From the NCBI GenBank assembly GCA_950097015.1, contig CATNEN010000032.1, positions 496,001 through 560,000 of the forward strand: DNA of 64,000 nucleotides, in the 5' to 3' direction. The number at the start of each line of letters is the position of its first letter. Positions within the stretch are counted from its first letter, which is position 1. This stretch comes from Macrostomum hystrix. Its lineage: Eukaryota; Animalia; Platyhelminthes. The position numbers and the translations under genes are program-made. Under the pieces are notes generated by a model. It did not search any database. It had not been told where the DNA came from and saw only the letters and a list, made by a program, of their open reading frames with translations. This document shows positions 36,771-48,800 of the stretch, piece after piece.

Positions 36771-37502
36771 TCCCGCTTACTCAAGTTCTGCAACTGTAGA
36801 TTAGTCTAATAAATCAGTCCAGTTCCTTTCTTGTTATCGCTTCCAATTCAGCCAGAAATCGTCCGCCTTTTTTCCTGATCCACTTGTGTTTTTGTGTGGT
36901 AATAGCTGTCTGCTAACATTCTGTTCGTGTATACAGATGTTTGCTCTATTATTTACTACGAGCATATGCTGGTTTTCTATGAAAAAATACATTTGCCTTA
37001 CTGACATGCGACTCGCGCTTTTCTAATAGAAGTTTTTTTATATTTTTAGTATTAGAGTTTACTATTTTATACTGAGTTTTGTCTTCAGTAAAACAAATAA
37101 CAGCTTTAGGGTTGATTACTGCAGTGATTACTGACTGTACAGGTGAAATTTTGGAATGGATACTAAATCAAACAAAGCATGAAATCGTAATCTAAACCAA
37201 ACATTTAAGAATGACACAACTAATTAACTGTTTAAAAATCTATTGGACACTGTATTGATTGAATTGAAATGCCTCTCCTCATCCGAAGACTCGTACCCTT
37301 GTAAAAGCTGGCAGTTGCCAAATCGATGGAGTAAACTCAGAGGTTTGGAGTTCGAATCTTATAGACCAGTTTTCTAAAAAAATCTAATGGTGCTACAAAC
37401 TTCGATTTTTGGTGTTACGCGCTCGTACATACACAAAGCAGACAGCGATTTGACTTTTCTGACAATAAAAGCAGTGATTGCTCGTTTGTACGGTTTGTTA
37501 AA

Positions 37503-37940
37503 TCAGAAGTGAAAACCCATTGCGGGCCCCTCGGCATCGTCCTGAATGTTCAGAGCTGGGCTCCCCAGCTGAGAGTAGGGCCCCGCGACCGGCCTGCTCA
37601 CCAGCTCCAGGCTGGCCCCGCTAGCCCGGCACTGCCAGATGAATGCGGACATCAGGCAGGCGAGGCCGCACAGAAGGCAGGCCGTGCCGGAGCCCGCAAA
37701 CCTGGCCGAGTAGGCCACGGCGGCGCCGATGATGAGCACGAAGCCCAGGACGAATAGAGACCAGATGAGCAGCAGGGTCCTTGCGCTGAGCAGCCGCCGG
37801 TCCGTCTTGCCGCTGTCGCCGCTGATTGACGCCGACAGCGAAGCGGCTGACCGGATAACGGAGCTCGGCGCCTGCAGTCGCTGACGCTCGCCGGTGCTTG
37901 TTGATCCCGACGGCCCATCGTCGGTCATCCAGCCGCTCAT
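37503..37940 (-). CDS. 145-aa protein with two transmembrane helices (TMEM100/PIRT-like topology)
   Basis: GC-rich intronless ORF with hydrophobic pair LLLIWSLFVLGFVLIIGAAVAYS and GTACLLCGLACLMSAFIW. Confidence 0.75.
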   Translation of the reverse strand: MSGWMTDDGPSGSTSTGERQRLQAPSSVIRSAASLSASISGDSGKTDRRLLSARTLLLIWSLFVLGFVLIIGAAVAYSARFAGSGTACLLCGLACLMSAFIWQCRASGASLELVSRPVAGPYSQLGSPALNIQDDAEGPAMGFHF

Positions 37941-38367
37941 GATTTATGAAATCCGCGGGAAACTTTGTCGAAAGATTGACTGTTCTAATGGGTGTGTAAG
38001 GTATCTTCTGTGTAGGCTACGAACATTCTCGCAAATGCATCGCGCAAGGTGCTGGGGCGCGTGTCGGCGCCACCTTAAACTTTCAAAATCTGCGCCAGCT
38101 CAGGCTGTCTCTCAAGCGGCTTCGTTAAACCTACCTAAACGCTAGTCTGGTGGCAGCGGTGGGATAAATGAATTCGATAGTTATTCTCGCTTGCTAGCTT
38201 TTGGACTCAATTGTGATATGCCAAGAGACCCAATGACTCTCCAACGTCGCAAAAGCAACTTTTGTTAGACTGGCTGGCTGGCAAAGAGTCTAGTCATCAT
38301 TCACCCCATCGAGCACACTTCCGTCAGGACCACTAGGAGTAGGATCGGAAGCTAAGTTTCCTAATTA

Positions 38368-39135
38368 CCGGGTGGCCCATGCGTTTAAGGACAACTTAAA
38401 AATAATAAAATGTATATACATTTTTATTATAAAAACAACCAACAAACGAAAACTTTAACATTTTAACTGACCGCCATAATGTCTAGATGGCAACTAAAAA
38501 TAACATGTACTCAGTGTAGCCCCCCTCCGCTGCATACACGGCTTCAATGCGAGACCGAAACTTGGTACAGGCACCTCTGATGACGGCAGGGCCCTGAGCT
38601 GACCAGGCAGCACTAACAGCAACTTGGAGAGTCTCCACGGTAGCATAAGTTGTTAAACATGCAACGCGGGCCACGTTGTTCCACACAAAGTAATCGAGAG
38701 GGGAACAGTCTGGACTCGATGGTGGCCAAGTGGTCGCATCCCAGAAGTCCTCGCCGAGCTCCCGGCGAAGAAATTCTTGAGTAGCGACAGCCGTGTGGGC
38801 AGGAGCGCCGTCCTGCTGAAAAACAAACGTACCTGGGGCAAAGTTGTGTCGAATCCATGGCAGTACATGATCCTGCAGCATGCGGATGTACTCGGCTGAG
38901 TTGATTTTCACTCCAGCTGGTACCTGTGCTGGGCTTATACCCCGCGCGAGCTGGTCTACCACCATCAAACGTTTAGCGCGATTCATGGCTAATGCTAAGT
39001 TGCCGAAAATTTTCGCGGCAGCTACAGACTATATAGATACTATTTTGTCTATGACCAATACTATTATGCTCTAGCTACCGCTGGCTTTGCTTTCTTCTAT
39101 TTTTAAGGTTGTCCTTAAACGCATGGGCCACCCGG
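38368..39135 (-). mobile_element. Internally deleted maT-like Tc1/mariner DNA transposon, 768 bp
   Basis: Perfect 28-bp TIR CCGGGTGGCCCATGCGTTTAAGGACAAC at both ends and TA duplications at 38366-67 and 39136-37. ORF 38986-38483 has FQQDGAPAH...WPPSSPDCSPLDYFVW...EGGY. Confidence 0.96.
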
Positions 39136-39832
39136 TATAGCCCCCTAAAAAAATGGAAAGAATATTTTTATTTTCCCGCAATAAAATTTTTAAGCCTATT
39201 TAACTGAGCTTAGTAGGAGAAATTGTTGTCGACACTTACTTGTATTCCAGCAGCCAGAAGGTAGGCAAATGAGTACTAAGGTTACATTACATGCATGCCA
39301 ATTGTATAGACACAGAACAGAACTCTTAAAACAGCTAGAAATAGCTTTGTTTAAACTGTTGTAGCTCGTAGGTGTGTACACTGTATACAAAAGCAACAAG
39401 TGGAAGCTTTTTATCAAATTTCGCGTACTGAGCATGTCTCAGGTGAGAAGGCAATGGTATAGCTGGTATGTACGAAGCAGCTCGCTCTTATCTGGTGACG
39501 AAAAATTAGGCCTAGATTTCTAGTCTAACTTTTGCTTCAAATTCTTAAATACATTACTTTCTTAAGTAGATGAGCAGGACATAAAAATAAAATTATTTCA
39601 AATTGTGCTTCGTATCTAGAGCAAAATGAATTTCAGTCGCGAAGTTTTATTTACAATCGATCAATACGATGGATAAAAGTACATTCAACAACCACCCAGT
39701 AGATAATTTTGGCTACACCAACGTAACTTAAAAATGCAGCAAAAGCAAACAGTTTAAAGGGCCTGAAATCATTTCTTTAAGTTCTACACAGGTATGCTAC
39801 ATCAGAATTACAATATTCGAACTACACTACTG

Positions 39833-41326
39833 CTACGCGGGCTGGCAAGTAGCATCGAACGGATCTGGCACGCGTTCAAACACAGCCGGCAGGCAGCTGC
39901 GCCCTTCGCGCTGAGCTTTCTGGCCCTCCTCGGTGGTGTCAACTAGACGGGCAGTCAACGGATCCGCGGCCAGCTCCTCCGGCGAGAGGCGACGAAACAG
40001 TGGATGTTGGCTAGCGTGCAGCACAATCCAGTCGTGCAGCTCCGGCACGTCGGTGGCTGTGTACAGCCGGCCGCCAGGACGCAGGACATAGGCGTATTCG
40101 GCTAGGAGGCCCGGACTGATAATTCGCCACTTGTGCTTGGCTCGCTTGAAGTGCGGATCCGGGTAGAGGAAAAACAGCTTGCTCAGCTGGCCCTGAATGG
40201 TACGAGTAAAGTTTGAAGCCTTGTTAAACGTAAAAAATATACTTTAGGCTACTGGCAACAATAGATGCGTTTATCATCTTGATTCACGCAGGTAAAATCA
40301 TTTTCGAAACATTTTTTTAACTGAACGGAGGAACGCAGGAACGCGAAATTCTAGAACACGGGCTAAATTATTGCTGAGTACATTCTGAAACAGGTGGTGT
40401 GACAGAGCGGTTAACGCGTCTAAGGTCTGTGAGCTCGATTCCGCGGCGAGGCCACATTTGTTTGGGGCGCAGCCGCGGAGAGAAGGCTTGGTGGCTTGTC
40501 GTAAATTTTAAGGCCGTTGAGGGCCAATGTCCAAGGCACAGTGAGAGTGTACACTGCTTGACGACGAGAAAGTCAGACCAAATGTGCACACCTGTGTGTG
40601 CTCAGGAGTCAACGGAATGGGCTGAATTGCCTCCTCGCTGGCTGCGGGTCTAATGTCACTGCCATCACGCCTATGTGAGTATCCGCGGCACGTGTGTGCT
40701 CAGAGGTCAGCGGACTGGGCAGAATGGACACCTTCGCAAAAGCAACAAGGCGCTCAGTTGCTATCCAAAAGCCAACAATCTAAAATCAAGATAAATCTAA
40801 CAGTCAAAGAGAAACAATTTATTAGCAGGCAGGGCATTGCAAAGATCTCGCTAGCTGAGATTCGATACCCTCAGTATCGCCAGGGTTCGCAGGGTCAGTA
40901 CATTTATTTTTCATTTTATTTTTAATCTCCAAGCAGACAAACCTTTCTAAAGTAGTTGACCAACTGCTTCATAGCGTTGCTACGGACGCACGCAATGTTG
41001 CCATAGCAACCCGGATGGCCGGCCCGCATAGCTCGAATCTTCTCCTGCACATAGTCGCACACTTTAATTCGAATCTCCATGCCCAGGGCCCGCCGGTCGG
41101 GGTACAGCTCGGCCAGTGCGAACAGCATGCCGCCGTAGCCGCATCCAACATCGGCAAATTCCACATCAATCGACTTGCCGCCGTTAGCATCGGCTTTGTC
41201 GGCAAAAATGGCCGACCAATTGACGTCGGCTGGCCGACTGGGCGACTCCAGGCTGTGGCGCGAGTGCGGATTGCAGTGCGCTCGCTGGCGAAAGTAGCGC
41301 TTCTGGGGCAGCTCGCTTGCCGCCAT
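39833..41326 (-). CDS. METTL1: tRNA (guanine-N7)-methyltransferase catalytic subunit (Trm8)
   Basis: Exons 41326-40943 and 40192-39833 (phase 0). LPQKRYFRQRAHCNP, EFADVGCGYGGML, GMEIRIKV, RSNAMK, GQLSKLFFLYPDPHFKRAKHKWRII, TTEEGQKAQR. Confidence 0.97.
40400..40715 (+). mobile_element. SINE-like repeat type C in the METTL1 intron
   Basis: Shares the blocks of the 33.6-kb copy and GAATGGG.TGAATTGCCTCCTCGCTGGCTGCGGGTCTA with the 54-kb copy. Confidence 0.75.
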
Positions 41327-42678
41327 GCCTGGATGCAACTGGATTGTGGAGTAACTGACCTGATAGTTAGGTTGATAGGCCTGGTCATGCACAGGACTGA
41401 CGAAACTAATTACGCCAGGGGATCTAGTGGATTTGTAACAGAGATCTAGTGGATTTGTAACAGAGATCTAGTTGATTTGTAACAGATCTAGTGGATTTGT
41501 AACAGAGATCTATTGGATTTCTAACAGAGATCTAGTGGATTTCTAACAGAGATCTAGTGGATTTGTAACAGAGATCTAGTGGATTTGTAACAGAGATCTA
41601 GTGGATTTCTAACAGAGATCTAGTGGATTTCTAACAGAGATCTATTGGATTTCTAACAGAGATCTAGTGGATTTCTAACAGAGATCTAGTGGATTTGTAA
41701 CAGAGATCTAGTGGATTTGTAACAGAGATCTAGTGGATTTGTAACAGAGATCTAGTGGATTTGTAACAGAGATCTAGTGGATTTCTAACAGAGATCTAGT
41801 GGATTTGTAACAGAGATCTAGTGGATTTCTAACAGAGATCTAGTGGATTTGTAACAGAGATCTATTGGATTTCTAACAGAGATCTAGTGGATTTGTAACA
41901 GAGATCTATTGGATTTCTAACAGAGATCTATTGGATTTGTAACAGAGATCTAGTGGATTTGTAACAGAGATCTAGTGGATTTGTAACAGAGATCTAGTGG
42001 ATTTGTAACAGAGATCTAGGCGATTTGTAACAGAGATCTGGTGGATTTTTAACAGAGATCTAGGCGATTTGTAACAGAGATCTGGTGGATTTTTAACAGA
42101 TCTAGTGAATTTTTAATAGAGATCTAGTGGAGTTTTAACAGAGATCAAGTGGATTTTTAACAGAGATCTAGTGGAGTTTTAACAGACATCAAGTGGATTT
42201 TTAACAGAGATCTAGTGGATTTTTAACAGAGATCTAGTGGAGTTTTAACAGACATCAAGTGGATTTGCAACAGAGATCTAGTGGATTTGCAACAGAGATC
42301 TAGTGGATTTGTAACAGAGATCTAGTGGATTTGTAACAGAGATCTAGTGGATTTGTAACAGATCTAGTGGATTAGTAACAGAGATCTAGTGGATTTGTAA
42401 CAGAGATCTGTGGATTTGTAACAGAGATCTAGTGGATTTGTAACAGAGATCTAGTGGATTAAGGTCAGGTGATTTAGTGGATTTCGATCAGAGATCTAGT
42501 GGATTAAGTTCAGGGGATCTAGTGGGTTAAGATCAGGATTTAACAACAATATATAATGTATTAAACACAAGCATGGGCAACAAGGCGCCCAGTTGCTATC
42601 CAAAAGCCAACAATCTAAAATCAAGATAAATCTAACAGTCAAAGAGAAAAAATTTATTAGCAGGCAGGGCATTGCAAA
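40742..42678 (+). repeat. Pair of 102-bp direct repeats (40742-40843 and 42577-42678)
   Basis: GCAACAAGGCGC...GCAGGCAGGGCATTGCAAA, 2 mismatches. Confidence 0.9.
41420..42500. repeat. Minisatellite, 22-bp unit AACAGAGATCTAGTGGATTTGT, about 48 copies
   Basis: Direct tandem units just upstream of the METTL1 ATG. Confidence 0.97.
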
Positions 42679-42814
42679 ACAGCATCATATATATATAAAG
42701 AGAATACAGAGAGGCACAACTTTACCGTCACCTATTTTATACATACACGGACAAAAAAGTGAAGAACAAGCAAAGCAAAATAAGCCCGTTAGAAAAAACA
42801 CATAAAAAACACGA

Positions 42815-43215
42815 GGCACCCTCTCGGTTACTGAAGGACACCCTGTCTGACTGAGTGGCACCCTCTCGGACTGAGGGACACCCTGTCTGACTGAGTGGCA
42901 CCCTCTCGGACTGAAGGACATCCTGTCTGACTGAGTGGCACCCTCTCGGACTGAGGGACACCCTGTCTGACTGAGTGGCACCCTCTCGGACTGAAGGACA
43001 TCCTGTCTGACTGAGTGGCACCCTCTCGGACTGAAGGACACCCTGTCTGACTGAGTGGCACCCTCTCGGACTGAAGGACACCCTGTCTGACTGAGTGGCA
43101 CCCTCTCGGACTGAGGACACCCTGTCTGACTGAGTGGCACCCTCTCGGACTGAAGGACACCCTGTCTGACTGAGTAGCACCCTCTCGGACTGAAGGACAC
43201 CCTGTCTGACTGAGA
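42815..43215. repeat. Minisatellite, 40-bp unit CCCTGTCTGACTGAGTGGCACCCTCTCGGACTGAAGGACA, about 10 copies
   Basis: Direct tandem units between STX5 and METTL1. Confidence 0.96.
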
Positions 43216-43780
43216 GAGACATTGTTTTTAAAAAGATCAAGTGCACAGAATTTAAATAAAACAAGACAATTGTATTAAGTCAAGTATTAAGAAAACGTAA
43301 AGATACTGAAAGTTCGACTTTACCCAGAGGTAAATTTAATAAAGGAACAAATAAATGAAAATATGCATACGAACTTGAATAGCATTGAGACTAAGCTGGT
43401 ACGAGCTAAATGAAGTTTTGCTTGAATTATTTTATTTTCTAAATTAACATTATAATAAATATCTCAGCTCAGAAACGTAATATCTCTATCTAGTGTGTCA
43501 AGTCCACGCATCAGAAACAGGAATGCAATAGAGAAAGACAGATTATAAGCAGTCTAATTACGAACGTGTAAGTCATCATTTAACTATTTAAAATTAAAAC
43601 ATTTTCTGACATACAGGAAGCCTAGCTACATTATTCAAGTCAATGTGAGAAATCAAAGAGGAGACACTGAAGGACCAAGCGAAGGGTCAGACAAACTATA
43701 ATGTGGTATGAATAAAAGTTAATAGAGTTAAAGTACGAGTAGACAATACAGGAAAGTAAGCACATTAAACAAAATTGGTG

Positions 43781-45317
43781 TTAACGCAAAAACACAACAA
43801 AAAGGATGAAGAAAATCAACAACAGGCCAAACACCTTGAACATCAACTTCCTATTTGAAGTTAAAGATTTGAAGAACTTCAACAACTCAGTGTGGGCCAC
43901 CTCAACATTCAGGGCGGTGTCATCAACGCTGGCACCGATTCTGTGCACCAATTCATCTTGCTCCTTCACAATGGTGGCCAGCTGTTGAAACACTGAGCCG
44001 AGGTCCACCATGGTCTGCTCTATAGAGCGCATTGTGTCGTCACGTTCGGCCAGTTCGCGATCGTTAACAAGCAGCATCTGCTGCTGCTGATGCCGCCCTC
44101 TGCCGCCGGCACTGTCGGATGACAGCGACACTCCGGACATGTCAATGACTGAAGCATCTGACTGACTTCGGTGCATGGATAGATCTGGCTGCTGTTGCTG
44201 CTGCTGCTGCTGTTGTTGATGAAGCTGTACAGTGTCCTTATAACGGCCGGACATTTCAGCCAGGCGAGTCTGCAGGGTCAGCACAACGGCGCTACTGTGC
44301 GCTGCCGATTGGCCAGTAGGCGAGACGCCGCCGCCGCCGCCGAATCGCGCCGTCTCTTGCAGCGACGCGATGGCTTGGTTAAGGCCGCCCAGGTCCTGCG
44401 TTGGGTCGGTTTGATTGGCTGCGATTAGGCCTACTGTGCAATAGTGACGTAGCATATAACCTATAGGACAACTGCAGCATAATAATAATAAATAATAAAT
44501 AAATAAATGATAATAAATGATTCTGTTGTTAATTGTCTAGTAATACAGCTCTGTTTTGAATACCAGACATCAATAATTAGGCTGGTACAGGTGTCTAATC
44601 TAACTGTACAGATCTTGTACAGATCTCTGTATAAATTGAAGAGTAATAGAACAGATTAATAGTACACAGTAATCGGGAAGTAAACATTTCTAATCGGAAA
44701 AGTACAGATTTTCAACCGGGAAAGTACAGATTTCTAGTTAGAATAGTACATATCTCTTTTCGAATTATACAGATCTCTAATCGGAAAAGTACAGATTCCA
44801 TACCGGAAAAGTACAGATTCCATATCGGAAAAGTACAGATTTCGAAGTAGAATTGTACATATCCCTATAAAGAAATCTGCTTTCTGTTTTTCTACTTTAT
44901 ACATTTTCTTTTCTATCTCACCTGTCCGACAATCTGGGCCAGTTGATCGAATTCGCCAGCAGAGATGGGCGGCATCCTTTGCTGCTGCTTGCCTGCGTGT
45001 TGCGCCAAAAGTGCTAGTTTCTCCATTTTAGCGCGAGTTCTATTCAAATCGGCGCCAATTTGGCGCGCGTTCAACGAGAAGCGCGACTCGGTTGCTGCGA
45101 CTGCGGCGCCGCGGCGCCAATTGGCGGCCCCAACGCCGACGCCGAAAATCTGGGAGATGACGGCGCGAAATTCTGGCGTCCGGTCGCGGCAGCCTCCGCT
45201 AGACGCTGCCAACGGAGCTTGAGTAGGTGCCGCGTGAGTCTCCTGCCAGGCGCCGGCGCGACCCCAACTGGCGCCAACTGGTTCGCGCCGATGTCTGGCG
45301 CCGTATTCGCCATTCAT
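43781..45317 (-). CDS. STX5: Syntaxin-5 (Qa-SNARE)
   Basis: Exons 45317-44922 and 44395-43781 (phase 0). CRDRTPEF N-peptide, SNARE motif TMRSIEQTMVDLGSVFQQLATIVKEQ, AHTELLKFFKSLTSNR and a C-terminal TM. Confidence 0.93.
44640..44860. repeat. Degenerate intronic repeat (CGGAAAAGTACAGATT)
   Basis: About 8 diverged cores in the STX5 intron. Confidence 0.7.
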
Positions 45318-45873
45318 GATTGCCGACCGGGCGGTTCAGCGCTGAGAAAGTCAAACCGGGAGAGAATTAGAAACATACAAAACTAGTCTGTGCTGTGCTT
45401 CAATCAGATTAAACATTTTTTCAGTTTTGTTAAACACCTGTTAGAACAACTACTTTATTAAGATACCGATGCGCTGGTCGGCTAGTCTGTCCGCTAGAAT
45501 AAACACAGCCAAATAAATGAAGAAGAAGCCAACAAAGAGTGCACACTGGAAAGTCTGGAAAGCGAAGCAAGTTTTTCTCAAAAAGAAAATTTGAAGCCAA
45601 AAATGTACTAAGCAATTGGCAGGTAAATGTATTCATATTAAAAGGATTTAGACTCACAGTAAAGCTAGACAGAATGATTGAAATAAAGACTTCATTTATA
45701 AAAACATATCGCAAAAGTTCATCTGATTTCGTGAGGTCAAGATAGATAGCTGCTAAGAAACAATTCACAATCAAAAGTTATGCAATAGCTAACAAGTCTT
45801 GATAACAAAAGAAGCTTATCGTCAGGGAACAAGTCTAACAGCAGAAGTGCATCTAGCAAGCTCAAATGGGATT

Positions 45874-48800
45874 CTAGCGAAGTCGCCTTCGCTTCGCCGG
45901 CGATGACTTCGTGTCACAGTTAATCTTTGTCGGTGTCGGCTTCTTTAAAGTTGGCGCTTCAGCAGCAGCCTCGGGCTTATCAATTTTTTTCGGCGGTGTC
46001 TTTGAAGTCGCCGATACGGATGAATCAGCGGCATTAATCAGCGCCTCCGCCGCCTTATCTCGCTTGCTGACGCAAGGACAACCGAGGCGGTAAAATCTGA
46101 GCGGCATGGCGGCCGCAGCGGGTCCGCAACCGTCGATGCCGATGCGGCGCGAGCTGACAATCTGGTGCGGCGGAGTAGGCGGCGCCGACTCGATGTACAA
46201 ACTGGCCGACGGGTCGCACATGTCGGCTTTGTTGTGGCGCAATTTGTCTATCGCTAGAGCTTGGCAAAGCTTCGATGGACCGTTGCACAGGTGATGGGAC
46301 TTTAATGAATCGCCTTTACCACTGCCCCTACGCTGACGCATCGCCGTCTCGCCGTCGCAGGGTTGCAGAGCGCGAATTAGTACGGCGCAACCGTCGCCAT
46401 TCGATGAAACATTGACGCAGCAGTACTGGCCGTAGATGCTGTAAACATAGCAGGTGCCGGGCTGCATAAACATAGCAGCGTTGCGCTCAGTTCGGCCGCG
46501 ATACGAATGAGCAGCCGGGTCTGCGGAGCCAAGGTAGGCTTCGGTTTCCACAATGTATCCGGAACACGCCGCTTCGGCCGTTTCGCACACCAACCTCTGG
46601 CCTAGCAAGGCTTTGGCCAGCTCGGCGCAGTCTCTAGCGTAGAATTCTCGGCCGAGACGGTCCGCTGCTGCGACTGGGACTGCCTGGAACGCATTGTTTG
46701 TCACAGTGCAAAGCGCTTTTAATAGTTAAGTGATGCGTGTTGATTAGCTAACGGGGCAGGCAGGACCTGAGGATATTGGGTTGCAAAAGCAGTATTAGAT
46801 CTAGTACCTGGGGATCTGGGATCTCAATCTAGTACCTGGGGATTTAGGATCTCAATCTAGTACCTGGGGATCTGGGATCTCAATCTAGTACCTGGGGATT
46901 TAGGATCTCAATTTAGTACCTGGGGATTTTGGATCTCAATTTAGTACCTGGGGATCTTGGATCTCAATCTAGTACCTGGGGGTCTGGGATCCCAATCTAG
47001 TACCTGGGGATCTGGGATCTCAATCTAGTACCTGGGGATCTGGGATCTCAATCTAGTACCTGGGGATCTTGGATCTCAATCTAGTACCTGGGGATCTGGG
47101 ATCTCAATCTAGTACCTGGGGATCTGGGATCTCAATCTAGTACCTGGGGATCTGGGATCTCAATCTAGTACCGGGGGATCTGGGATCTCAATCTAGTACC
47201 GGGGGATCTGGGATCTCAATCTAGTACCTGGGGATCTGGGATCTCAAACTAGTACATGGGATCTTGGATCTCAAACTAGTACCTGGGGATTTGGGATCTC
47301 ATTCTGGTACCTGGGGATCTGGGATCTCAATCTAGTACCGGGGGATTTGGGATCTCATTCTAGTACCTGGGGATCTGGGATCTCAATTTAGTACCTGGGG
47401 ATTTTGGATCTCAATTTAGTACCTGGGGATCTTGGATCTCAATCTAGTACCTGGGGGTCTGGGATCCCAATCTAGTACCTGGGGATCTGGGATCTCAATC
47501 TAGTACCTGGGGATCTGGGATCTCAATCTAGTACCTGGGGATCTTGGATCTCAATCTAGTACCTGGGGATCTGGGATCTCAATCTAGTACCTGGGGATCT
47601 GGGATCTCAATCTAGTACCTGGGGATCTGGGATCTCAATCTAGTACCGGGGGATCTGGGATCTCAATCTAGTACCGGGGGATCTGGGATCTCAATCTAGT
47701 ACCTGGGGATCTGGGATCTCAAACTAGTACCTGGGGATTTGGGATCTCATTCTGGTACCTGGGGATCTGGGATCTCAATTTAGTACCTGGGGATCTGGGA
47801 TCTCAAACTAGTACCTGGGGATTTGGGATCTCATTCTGGTACCTGGGGATCTGGGATCTCAATTTAGTACCTGGGGATCTTGGATCTCATTCTGGTACCT
47901 GGGGATCTGGGATCTCAATCTAGTACCTGGGGATCTGGGATCTCAATCTAGAACCTGGGGATCTGGGATCTCAATCTAGTACCTGGGGATTTGGGATCTC
48001 ATTCTAGTACCTGGGGATCTGGGATCTCAATTTAGTACCTGGGATCTTGGATCTCAAACTAGTACCTGGGGATTTGGGATCTCATTCTGGTACCTGGGGA
48101 TCTGGGATCTCAATCTAGTACCTGGGGATCTGGGATCTCAATCTAGTACCTGGGGATCTGGGATCTCAATCTAGTACCGGGGGATTTGGGATCTCATTCT
48201 AGTACCTGGGGATCTGGGATCTCAATTTAGTACCTGGGATCTTGGATCTCAAACTAGTACCTGGGGATCTGGGATCTCAATCTAGTACCTGGGGATCTGG
48301 GATCTCAATCTAGTACCTGGGGATCTGGGATCTCAATCTAGTACCTGGGGATCTGGGATCTCAATCTAGTACCTGGGGATCTGGGATCTCAATCTAGTAC
48401 CTGGGGATCTGGGATCTCAATCTAGTAGGCATTCTGCTCTGGATTCTACACATGCACATGATGAGTGAAGACACGAATTTCAATCTAACATTTAAAGCAA
48501 TGTGATCTCAATGGATAATACCTAAACACTTGGGATGTGGTGAATTAACTGAGGATCTGGGATTTCAGAAGTGCAGCTGGCACTCGTAATTTAAAATCCG
48601 AAATTCGAAAGAAAAAGAATAGCAAAAAGGCCAGAGGTTATCAAACGTTTGTAAAAATTGTAGTGCTTTAACTGGACAGCCGAACACCTAATCAAAGTTG
48701 AACAACCTGGCATAAAACTTCTTTCACCGAGCAAAAGAAAATAAAATTAAAACATGCGATAAAAAATCGATTAGCAATGCAAAACAGATCAGCCCATTAA

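Noticed and set aside
37310-37380. tRNA or SINE at GTTCGAATC
   Set aside because: Isolated B-box-like motif without a convincing A box, cloverleaf or SINE body.
41327-41392. METTL1 start at the upstream ATG 41392
   Set aside because: The extra 22 residues have no family resemblance and span acceptor-like sequence; MAASELPQKRY fits the usual start.
43781-44455. STX5 exon 2 starting at the ORF-track ATG 44455
   Set aside because: Homology (QLAQIVGQ-DLGGLNQAIA) and the acceptor at 44396 place the exon start at 44395.
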